A DNA stretch of 64,000 bases from Gemmatimonadales bacterium (GTDB taxonomy: Bacteria; Gemmatimonadota; Gemmatimonadetes; Gemmatimonadales; GWC2-71-9). The stretch lies in the NCBI GenBank assembly GCA_050733075.1, contig JBOHSD010000013.1, forward strand, positions 4,443-68,442. The letters run 5' to 3'. Positions 56,558 to 64,000 of the stretch are shown in pieces. Both the position numbers and the translations under genes were made by a program. How positions within the stretch are numbered: position 1 is the first letter of the stretch; every line of letters starts with the position of its first letter. The notes under the pieces were generated by a model, which searched no databases, was not told where the DNA came from, and was given only the letters and a program-made list of their open reading frames with translations.

Positions 56558-57091
56558 TCACTTCTCTGCCAATGCGCCGGAGAGCTCGCCATCCCAGTCC
56601 ACCGTGTACTCCGTCTGAGAGGTGAACCGGCCTCTGTAATTGCCGCTTCCCGCCACCGCCTTATAGCGACCGGTGCCCTTGACCTTGCTCCAGGTCCCTT
56701 GAAAGGTGGTGATCGGAGTCTGTTCCGGCGAGAGGGTGGTAGTCACCTTACCACTCCATTTCGAGATCACGGTATCGGGACCGCTGCTCATCGAGATATA
56801 GCCCTGCTGGGGTCCGTTGCCCTGCACCAGGTCGGCAAACTCGACGTTGGTGACCTTCGCCCGGTCCATGTAGGGAGTTGGGCCGGTATTCCGGTTGATC
56901 CCCTGCGCTCGGCCCAACATAATCATGTGGCCTGTGGCGTCGGAGATGGGCGCGGGGTGCTGCTCGGTGTATCTGGCCGCGAAGGTCCCGGCAATCCGGG
57001 ACGGTGCCTCACGAGGGACCCAGCCCGATAGGGCCAGAGCGGCCAGCGGGAGAGCCAGCCCCAAACTCGTGAGAATCATCTTTCGAGACAT
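56558..57091 (-). CDS. Secreted hypothetical protein
   Basis: Track ORF. Signal peptide MSRKMILTSLGLALPLAALALSG. Divergent from the BTAD regulator. Confidence 0.5.
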   Translation of the reverse strand: MSRKMILTSLGLALPLAALALSGWVPREAPSRIAGTFAARYTEQHPAPISDATGHMIMLGRAQGINRNTGPTPYMDRAKVTNVEFADLVQGNGPQQGYISMSSGPDTVISKWSGKVTTTLSPEQTPITTFQGTWSKVKGTGRYKAVAGSGNYRGRFTSQTEYTVDWDGELSGALAEK

Positions 57092-57215
57092 AGCCTTACC
57101 CTCCGATGCTTTGATGGGAACCTGTCTTGCTATGAGCGGTTACGGGACCTACAATAGCTCGGAGGTGTCAGACCCGAATCAGACTCCTATCAGATTCCCA
57201 TCAGCCCAGGTGGCC

Positions 57216-59438
57216 ATGCTGAGGCTCAGGGCATTCGGCGGCCTCGCGCTCGAGGACGGGCGCCCGAGATCGGCTGGCGCCGTCACCCAGCCCAAGTCCC
57301 TGGCTCTCCTTGCGCTGCTCGCGAGCGTCGGGGAGCGTCCCATCAGCCGCGACAAGGTCCTGGCATACCTATGGCCCGAGACGGAGCCGGGTAGAGCCGC
57401 CCATAGTCTGGCCCAGGTCCTCTACGCCCTCCGTCACGATCTCAAGCTCGACTCGTTGGTTCGGGGGACGAACGATCTCCGCCTTAACCCGCGGGTCATC
57501 GGCTCGGATCTCCAGGATTTCACCGAGGCGCTGGAGCGCGGCGACCTGAGAGGTGCCCTCGCGTTCTACCAGGGACCGTTCCTGGACGGGTTCTACCTAT
57601 CCGGCGCTCTGGAATTCGAGCGCTGGGTGGAGGTCGAGCGCGCAGAGCACATCCGGAAGTACTGCGCCGCCCTCGAGGCGCTGGCCTTGTCGGACGCTCG
57701 GCGGGGCAACGCGATCGGAGCGGCAGACTGCTGGCGCCGGCTGACTGAGGCCGATCCTCTCAACTCCAGGATCGTGGTCGCCTACATGGAAGCGCTGAGC
57801 GTAGCGGGCGGATATGCGGTCGCGCTCCAGTTCGCCCGCGACTACGAGAGGCGCCTACGAACGGAGTTCGACACCGGTCCCGACCCCGCGGTGGTGGCAG
57901 CCACCGTGCGCTTGCGGAACTCGCCGGGAGCGGCTCCGCTGGCCGCAGGACCGACACCCCTGGCCCTTGCGGTGCTGCCGTTTCTCAACCTGACGCCGGA
58001 CCAGGAGAACGACTACTTCAGCGATGGGATGACGGAAGAGCTGGCCCACGCCCTGGCGCGGGTGCCGGGGCTTCGCGTCTCGTCGCGCACCTCGGCGTTC
58101 GCCTTCAAGGGAAAGAGCATGGACGCACGCCAGATCGCCGAGCAGCTGGGCGTGAGCGCGCTGGTGGAAGGAAGCATACGAAAGGTCGGCAACCGGATTC
58201 GTCTCACTGCCCAGCTCGTCAACGCTGCCGACGGCTGCGATCTATGGTCCGGGATATACGAACGTACGCTGGACGACGTGTTCGCATTGCAGGCAGAGCT
58301 CTCGCAGGCCATCGTGGCCGCGCTACCGCTCCCCCGGGCCGAGCCGGCATCAGACCTGGTACGGCCGCCGACACCGGCGCTGGACGCATACACCCTCTAC
58401 CTGAGGGGCCGCTACTCTGCTCACAAGCGCTCGGTTGAGGGATTTGCCCTTGCAATCGAGTACTTCGAGCAGGCGGTCGAAAAGGACCCGGGATACGCCC
58501 TGGCCTACGCGGGGCTCGCCGAGTGCTGGGCCCTGCGGGGCTTCTCGGAGTTCGGCGATCTCCTGCCGTACGACGCCATGCCCGGGGCCAAGGCAGCGGC
58601 TCTCGAGGCGTTGCGGATCGATCCCAGGCTGCCGGAGGCGCATACCTGGCTAGGGGTCATTCAATTTCTCTTCGATTGGGATTATCCGGCCGCGGAGGAG
58701 GAGCTGCGTCAGGCCCTGCGATTGCAACCGGAGTACGCCTACGCTGAGACCTGGTACGCCATCTTCCTCGGGGCGATGGGCCGGCACGAGCAGGCTCTTC
58801 AGCGGATCCTTCACGCCCAATCGCTGGAGCCGCTATCGCTCTCGATCCGGCTCTGCGTGGGGCGTTGCTACTTCTTTGCCCGACTTTACCAGCAGGCGCT
58901 CCAGTGCATCGAGGGCCTGCTCAAGGACGAGCCCGGTCACTTGCTCACCACGATCTGGGCCGCCCGGAGCCTGTGTGGGCTGGGGCGCTTCGCGGACGCC
59001 CTCGAGCTGACCAGAGTGGTACCTCCGGAGCGGCGGACGCCGTTCCTAGAGTCGCTTATGGCGGGCGCGCTGGCCGGGCTGGGACGGGCGGATGAAGCGC
59101 GGAGCCTCTGCCGGCACCTGCGGCGGCAGTTCGACGAGGGACGGGGGGTTACCCTCTTTTACATAGCCGCCGCCTACGCGCGCCTGGGCGACTGCGGCGC
59201 CGCAATGGAGTCGCTGGAGGAGGGGGTGCGTCGTCGCGACGGCTACCTTCCGTTCGTGTTCACGGAGCCCGCTTTCGACGCGCTGCACGGTGATGCGCGT
59301 TTCGTTCGGCTGCTGGAGGAGATTCGGCTTCCGCAGCAGCCCATAGCCCGCGCCGCTACCGGGATCCGCGGGTCAGCAGACCATGGACTGCGGATGTCTC
59401 TCAAAGAGGGGACCGCCCCAGAGGCTCGGACCTTCTAG
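57216..59438 (+). CDS. BTAD/SARP-like transcriptional activator - TolB-N-like domain - TPR repeats
   Basis: 3' part of track ORF 56895..59438, ATG at 57216 (MLRLRAFGGLALEDG). wHTH + BTAD (ALAFYQGPFLDGF), then LAVLPFLNLTPDQENDYFSDGMTEEL and TPRs. Confidence 0.8.
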   Translation: MLRLRAFGGLALEDGRPRSAGAVTQPKSLALLALLASVGERPISRDKVLAYLWPETEPGRAAHSLAQVLYALRHDLKLDSLVRGTNDLRLNPRVIGSDLQDFTEALERGDLRGALAFYQGPFLDGFYLSGALEFERWVEVERAEHIRKYCAALEALALSDARRGNAIGAADCWRRLTEADPLNSRIVVAYMEALSVAGGYAVALQFARDYERRLRTEFDTGPDPAVVAATVRLRNSPGAAPLAAGPTPLALAVLPFLNLTPDQENDYFSDGMTEELAHALARVPGLRVSSRTSAFAFKGKSMDARQIAEQLGVSALVEGSIRKVGNRIRLTAQLVNAADGCDLWSGIYERTLDDVFALQAELSQAIVAALPLPRAEPASDLVRPPTPALDAYTLYLRGRYSAHKRSVEGFALAIEYFEQAVEKDPGYALAYAGLAECWALRGFSEFGDLLPYDAMPGAKAAALEALRIDPRLPEAHTWLGVIQFLFDWDYPAAEEELRQALRLQPEYAYAETWYAIFLGAMGRHEQALQRILHAQSLEPLSLSIRLCVGRCYFFARLYQQALQCIEGLLKDEPGHLLTTIWAARSLCGLGRFADALELTRVVPPERRTPFLESLMAGALAGLGRADEARSLCRHLRRQFDEGRGVTLFYIAAAYARLGDCGAAMESLEEGVRRRDGYLPFVFTEPAFDALHGDARFVRLLEEIRLPQQPIARAATGIRGSADHGLRMSLKEGTAPEARTF

Positions 59439-59472
59439 CGGCAGCTATCAACTGAAAAGCCGGCCGTCTGGT

Positions 59473-60795
59473 TCAGCTCCCGGGGCGCGCCAGATAATCG
59501 AGTACCAGGGAGGACATCAGACGCATACCGACGGCAACTGCCTGGTCGTCCGCGTAGAAGGTGGGTGTGTGATGCCCTCCGGAGATTCGGCCCGGAGGAA
59601 CGGCGCCGAGAAAGAAGAAGAAGCCAGGTACCTCGTTTGCGAAGTAGGCGAAATCCTCAGCACCCGTGATTGGTGGTCGCTCCCGAAGGCTCGCGCCTCC
59701 GACCAGCCGGTGCAGCGTGGGCAGGAGGCGGTCTGTCAGAGCCGTGTCATTGACGGTTACCGGGTTGCTCCTGTCAAACTCGAGGCTGAAGCTCGCCCGC
59801 GAGGCTCGGGTTACGCCATCGAAGATCTCGCGCATACGCGTCTCGACGGTGTCCTGCACCGCCATGTCGAAAGTCCGGATGGTGCCCTCCAGCTCGACCT
59901 CACCCGGGATGATGTTGTTGCGGGTCCCTCCTCGTATGATGCCAACGGTAAGCACGCTTGGAGTAAGCGGCGGGAGATTTCGAGAGCGGATCGTCTGGAG
60001 GGCCAGGACGATCTGTGAGGCAATCACTACCGGATCCACCGAGAGGTGGGGCGCCGAACCATGTGCGGGTCGTCCCCGCACGGTTGCGCGCCAAAGCGTA
60101 GCAGCGGCCAGGGCTGGGCCACGACTATATGAAACGCTCCCGAGGAGCTCGTGCTCCCCCTCTTGCTCGGGCGGGTCACCATTCATATGGAGGGCGAAGA
60201 TTGCTTCGGGCTTCAGCTTGGCGAAGACCCCTTCTTCAATCATCAATTCGGCGCCGCCGCGCTCACCAGCGGGAGCTCCTTCCTCGGCCGGCTGGAAAAT
60301 GAACATGACAGTGCCGGCCAGCCGGTCACGCATGGGCGCGAGCACGGCGGCGACCCCGAGTTGAATCGCGGTGTGAAGATCGTGGCCGCAAGCATGGGCG
60401 ACCCCAACCTCACGCCCCAGGTATGTCGTTCGCGCTGTAGAGCGAAACGGAAGGTCGGTGGCCTCGGTGACCGGCAACGCGTCCATGTCGGCTCGCACCG
60501 CGACGACTGGCCCCGGCAGCTTGCCTCTCAGCAACGCGACGACGCCCGTGTGTGCTATTCCAGTCCGAATCTCCAGGCCGAGACGCCGCAGGTGGGAAGT
60601 CACCAGCTCCGCAGTCTTGACCTCGCGATTACTGAGCTCCGGGTGCTGGTGAATCTGCCTACGGTAGCGGACCATCTCGCCCGCCAGGCTCTCAACGGCC
60701 CTTGCGACCTCTCGGTCGTGAGATTGCGCGTGGACCTGCGTGGCTCCGGCGCTCAGGAGGGCAGCCATGGAGACAGCGCACGCACATGAATTCAA
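59473..60795 (-). CDS. M20D-family amidohydrolase (secreted)
   Basis: Track ORF with a signal peptide. HQHPELSNRE, HACGHDLH and FQPAEEG motifs. Confidence 0.85.
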   Translation of the reverse strand: MNSCACAVSMAALLSAGATQVHAQSHDREVARAVESLAGEMVRYRRQIHQHPELSNREVKTAELVTSHLRRLGLEIRTGIAHTGVVALLRGKLPGPVVAVRADMDALPVTEATDLPFRSTARTTYLGREVGVAHACGHDLHTAIQLGVAAVLAPMRDRLAGTVMFIFQPAEEGAPAGERGGAELMIEEGVFAKLKPEAIFALHMNGDPPEQEGEHELLGSVSYSRGPALAAATLWRATVRGRPAHGSAPHLSVDPVVIASQIVLALQTIRSRNLPPLTPSVLTVGIIRGGTRNNIIPGEVELEGTIRTFDMAVQDTVETRMREIFDGVTRASRASFSLEFDRSNPVTVNDTALTDRLLPTLHRLVGGASLRERPPITGAEDFAYFANEVPGFFFFLGAVPPGRISGGHHTPTFYADDQAVAVGMRLMSSLVLDYLARPGS

Positions 60796-61571
60796 GCGTT
60801 CGCCTTTCGAGAGCTCTCGAGCACCGCGCTCACTACTTTCATCATTTCCGCCACGGTGAACGGCTTTTCAATGGTCCGTGACGCGCCAAGCAGCTTGGCC
60901 TCGGGGAGCAGATCTATCTGGTTGGCTCCCCCACCGGACATGGCAATGATTGGAACCTGAGGGCTTTGCGCCCGCAGCTCCATCAGAGTCTCTAAACCGT
61001 CCTTTTCCGGCATGAATAAGTCCAGGATGACCAGGTCTGCACCGGCCTCTCGCCAGATCCGTATCGCCTCGTTCCCGTTCCCGGCCAGCATGACATCGTG
61101 CCCTGCGGTGGTGAGCACTTTGGCCAGTGACGATCGGATACCCGCGTCGTCATCCGCCACCAAAATCCGCTTCCTCTGACGATGCTGCTCCAGAGCTTCC
61201 TTGACCTTCGCCAGGGCCTCGCCTCGAGTGTACGGCTTGGCCAGGAAGGGAACGCTCAACGTGGTTTGCCCATAACGGGCCAGAACCTCGGCGGGATGAG
61301 CCGACATGTACAGAATACGCTGGGCCGGCCACTGCTCTAACACATGGCGCCCGATGGCGACACCGTCACAGTCGGGCATGACCACGTCGATCATGAGAAG
61401 ATCCACGCGGCCGTTGGCCTGGTGGAGGGCATCCAGCGTCTCGGCACAACTGGAGGCCTCGAGCACTCGGAATCCCTCCTCACTGAGGATCCGGTACGCG
61501 ACCCGGCGCGAGACCGACTCGTCATCTACCACTAAGATGGTGGCGGGGCCGTGGAGCGGCGGAGGAGACAA
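60792..61571 (-). CDS. Tandem-receiver response regulator (REC-REC, no output domain)
   Basis: Track ORF. Two REC domains (ILVVDDES...IDVVMPDCDG...AKPY; ILVADDDA...LDLFMPEKDG...EKPF). 4-nt overlap with the M20 gene. Confidence 0.8.
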   Translation of the reverse strand: MSPPPLHGPATILVVDDESVSRRVAYRILSEEGFRVLEASSCAETLDALHQANGRVDLLMIDVVMPDCDGVAIGRHVLEQWPAQRILYMSAHPAEVLARYGQTTLSVPFLAKPYTRGEALAKVKEALEQHRQRKRILVADDDAGIRSSLAKVLTTAGHDVMLAGNGNEAIRIWREAGADLVILDLFMPEKDGLETLMELRAQSPQVPIIAMSGGGANQIDLLPEAKLLGASRTIEKPFTVAEMMKVVSAVLESSRKANA

Positions 61572-61731
61572 AGAGACCTCTTGGGTCAGGGTCTGGTACC
61601 GGGAAACGGCAGGTGGAGCATGCTATACGATCGCGAAGCCACAGGCAACCAGGGAGCAGCACTGAGGCGTCGCTTTGGGCCGCGAGGAGGTCTAACGGCC
61701 CCGTATTGCAGGCAGAACCATGCCCAGCCCA

Positions 61732-62541
61732 TTAGCGGGAAGTAGGTGCAGGACCCGCGGTTGGCCGGCTGAGATCGGCTCGGTAGGCCATGACAAGCTG
61801 CCTCGCGTTGCGAACGCAGCGCAACCGAGTCTCCTCCAGGCTGCGAGCCTCGGTCTCGCCGTAAGCTTCGCGCAGGATGGTCAGATTACTCGGCCAGCTG
61901 TCGCGTTCTGCGAAGCTATTGAATGGGACGGCCGTCACATACGTGTTGGCCGCTCCCAGGACCGCAACCCGGCGCACGGCCGTGGGAGCCTGTGGCGACT
62001 TCTCCTGGGCTGTCCTCAACCGAGCGAGATAACCCTCCCACGCGGGAACCATCGCGGGCTCGACCTCGGTCACGAAGAGATGCATGAAGGCAGCAGGCGG
62101 ATCGAAGACCTTCGGACGCGTGCTCAGGTCTGGAAGGAGGCGATACACGGCGGTTTCAGTGCGCTCCATGGCGGCACCGCCTGCCTTCAGGATCCTGGTT
62201 CCTTCGGCTTGTCCGTGAGCCTTGAAGATGATCTGAGACACGGGCATCCACTTGTCGACTTCTTCCCACTTGCTGAACGGAAGTACGATGCTGTAAGTGC
62301 GCCCGGGCCCGCCGAGGCTGACCTGCGAGGTAAACCAGCGTTGGGGCGCGCCGATCTTGTTGGCCGCGTTGGTGATCTTTCTGGTGAAGTCCTCATACTC
62401 GCGGACGGCTCCCGATCTTGCTGTCACGGTTATGACTTGAATGAACTCAGCGGGCTGGCTGGGTGGGCTCTGTGTCGCTGCGACCGACGTGAACCCCAAT
62501 GAGAACGGGAGGAACGACGCGAGAGCGCGTAACCGCTTCAT
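61732..62541 (-). CDS. Secreted hypothetical protein
   Basis: Track ORF 61732..62628. The ATG at 62541 gives signal peptide MKRLRALASFLPFSLGFTSVAATQ. Looks like two similar halves. Confidence 0.5.
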   Translation of the reverse strand: MKRLRALASFLPFSLGFTSVAATQSPPSQPAEFIQVITVTARSGAVREYEDFTRKITNAANKIGAPQRWFTSQVSLGGPGRTYSIVLPFSKWEEVDKWMPVSQIIFKAHGQAEGTRILKAGGAAMERTETAVYRLLPDLSTRPKVFDPPAAFMHLFVTEVEPAMVPAWEGYLARLRTAQEKSPQAPTAVRRVAVLGAANTYVTAVPFNSFAERDSWPSNLTILREAYGETEARSLEETRLRCVRNARQLVMAYRADLSRPTAGPAPTSR

Positions 62542-62828
62542 GGCGAGCTCCTTTTCACTTACCTCGGTTCCATGCTGACCGCCTGAACCAGGCCCGGAGC
62601 CGGCGCAGGATGGTCCACCTGATAGCACGAAGCCGAGCCACTAGTGCGCATTCGGCGGCTCGGCGGGCGTGGGTCCTTCGAGGCGGGTGTGCCTTTGTCG
62701 GAAGAGATGTGACGGCTGGTGGTGCATACCTTACGGGGAGATACACACCTCGTCAAGCAGCCACGCGGCTCCGCGTCGGCTGAATTCGCCGGACAGGCCT
62801 GACTCTTGCTTGGCTAACCCCGGGGTCA

Positions 62829-62844
62829 TGTGACCTACGTCACA
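62829..62844. promoter_or_regulatory. Perfect CRP/FNR-type palindrome TGTGA-CCTACG-TCACA
   Basis: Read directly, in an AT-richer intergenic region. Centred about 41.5 nt upstream of a TSS predicted from a TAGACT -10-like hexamer at 62866-62871. Confidence 0.35.
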
Positions 62845-62900
62845 TTAGGTACTGTTTTGCTCGCCTAGACTAAATTGTTTTGTCCCTTGATGAGGTCCGC

Positions 62901-63326
62901 GTGTCTAGTCCGTTTCCGCATGCCGCGACGACCATCCTAGTCGTCGATGATGAAAGAATGTCCCGGCGCGTGGCCTACCGCATTCTGAGCGAGGCGGGTT
63001 ACCGGGTGCTGGAGGCGGAGGACGGTGCCGAGGCCCTGGACGTGCTCGGCAAGGCTCGCGCCGGCGTGGACCTGCTGATACTGGACGTTGTGATGCCCGG
63101 GTGCGACGGTGTCGAGCTGGGCCGACGCGTCCTGGAGCAATGGCCCGACCAGCGCATCCTCTACATGTCAGCGCATCCAGCGGAGGTGCTGGTCCGCCAC
63201 GGGCTGCCCTCGCTCGACGTTCCCTTCCTCGCCAAGCCATACACCCGTGACGAGGCACTGACCAAGGTGCACGAGGCGCTGGAGCGCCGTCGTAGCTCCC
63301 GAGCCGGGACGCGGACCGGCCGCTAG
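62901..63326 (+). CDS. Single-domain response regulator (paralog of the first REC of 60792..61571)
   Basis: Track ORF 62880..63326. The GTG at 62901 has GAGG 5 nt upstream. Shares runs RRVAYRILSE, RILYMSAHPAEVL and VPFLAKPYTR with the tandem-REC protein. Confidence 0.75.
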   Translation: MSSPFPHAATTILVVDDERMSRRVAYRILSEAGYRVLEAEDGAEALDVLGKARAGVDLLILDVVMPGCDGVELGRRVLEQWPDQRILYMSAHPAEVLVRHGLPSLDVPFLAKPYTRDEALTKVHEALERRRSSRAGTRTGR

Positions 63327-63373
63327 GGTGATTGGGTTGAGGGTTCCGCAGAAAAGGGCCTCCCGCGAAACGC

Positions 63374-63751
63374 TTGCTGATCCTCGTCACAGAACGGGCT
63401 TATGACTGGCCGGTAGAACCATTTCGCGCGGTGGCCGATGCAGGTGGGTTATTTATCCGGCTCTACGACCTCAGGCACACCTCGGCCACCATTCTGCTGA
63501 AGGAGAAGGTGAGCCCCAAGATTGTGCAGGAACGACTGGGACACTCCACGATCACATTGACGATGGACACCTACTCCCACGTCTTGGAAGGGATGCAGGA
63601 AGCAGCGACAGAGGCGATGGAATCCGCTCTGGTGGCGCAAGGCCGAGCCGAGCACAACCTCACGGGTCTGGAAACCTCATCTCCGTCAGGATCCGGGCGA
63701 CGCGCGGATGGGAATGCAGGTTCTCGAACGACCCCGACCGCAGTAAGATGA
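63374..63751 (+). pseudogene. Tyrosine recombinase (phage-integrase family) C-terminal remnant
   Basis: Only about 75 aa of the catalytic C-terminus is recognisable: LYDLRHTSATILL...VQERLGHSTITLTMDTYSHV (box II H-x-x-R / H / Y). The N-terminal and box I regions are absent. The ORF tail overlaps the convergent gene. Confidence 0.6.
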
Positions 63752-64000
63752 GCCCCGGATTGCGTTCGTCGTAGGCACGGTCGAGCCAGTGGAAGGCCTG
63801 GGCAGTGTCGCCGATCAACGCCCACAGGGAGGCGACGCGCAGGGGATCGGGAGTGCTCTCGGACTGCCGCAGGTCCATGGCCAGCCAGCTCCGCCAGAAC
63901 CCCGGCATGGCTGACTCCGCGAAGGCGCTACGCATCGAGTCCAGCTCACTCCCGGTGGCGCCGCGCAGCGTCGCGATCCTGACGTACTCGTCCACAGCTT
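63660..64000 (-). CDS. C-terminal TPR-type module of a larger protein (5' end outside window)
   Basis: Track ORF 63660..63995 stays open to the window edge. The C-terminus LDRAYDERNPGLILL...HPRVARILTEMRFP parallels the C-termini of the kinase (29318) and the BTAD protein (59438). Confidence 0.5.
   Translation of the reverse strand, partial: AVDEYVRIATLRGATGSELDSMRSAFAESAMPGFWRSWLAMDLRQSESTPDPLRVASLWALIGDTAQAFHWLDRAYDERNPGLILLRSGSFENLHSHPRVARILTEMRFPDP

Overview
High-GC bacterial chromosomal window, about two-thirds G+C by eye (not computed). It is gene-dense, and many stop/start codons overlap by 4 nt. I support about 60 protein genes and one tRNA-Asn(GTT); I see no rRNA and no CRISPR. The gene content suggests a Gemmatimonadota/Acidobacteriota-like soil bacterium, but the taxon is inference only. 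That content includes Ser/Thr kinases and a BTAD regulator fused to TolB-N-like/TPR sensor modules, an FHA/PP2C pair, FtsEX-EnvC and many secreted lipoproteins. Most of the window is housekeeping: pckA, uvrA, nfo, ilvE, holB, moaC, ftsEX, lytic transglycosylases and a Cys/Met PLP enzyme. Accessory blocks are an arsenic cluster (arsR-arsM-phosphoesterase-aquaporin), an Mhq-like quinone-detox trio, and c-di-GMP genes (a degenerate GGDEF and an RR-HD-GYP). Five items stand out. (1) A 4.7-kb segment is bounded by an exact 38-nt direct repeat of the 5' half of tRNA-Asn, with a nested 20-nt AT-rich direct repeat. It carries only a wHTH-like gene, a double-domain KaiC-like ATPase and a PocR-PAS hybrid histidine kinase, and it has no integrase. 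(2) An AT-richer four-helix-bundle (S23-IVS/Avd family) gene is flanked by inverted arrays of a heptamer microsatellite (TATTGGC)n, which recurs at a third intergenic site. (3) A 26-nt exact inverted dispersed repeat lies at two gene ends. (4) A GHKL-ATPase/STAS-like (DUF4325) pair is translationally coupled into a metabolic operon. (5) Near the right edge, a truncated tyrosine-integrase remnant sits next to a duplicated receiver-domain gene that has a perfect TGTGA-N6-TCACA site upstream. All homology calls come from motif recognition by eye, not database searches.
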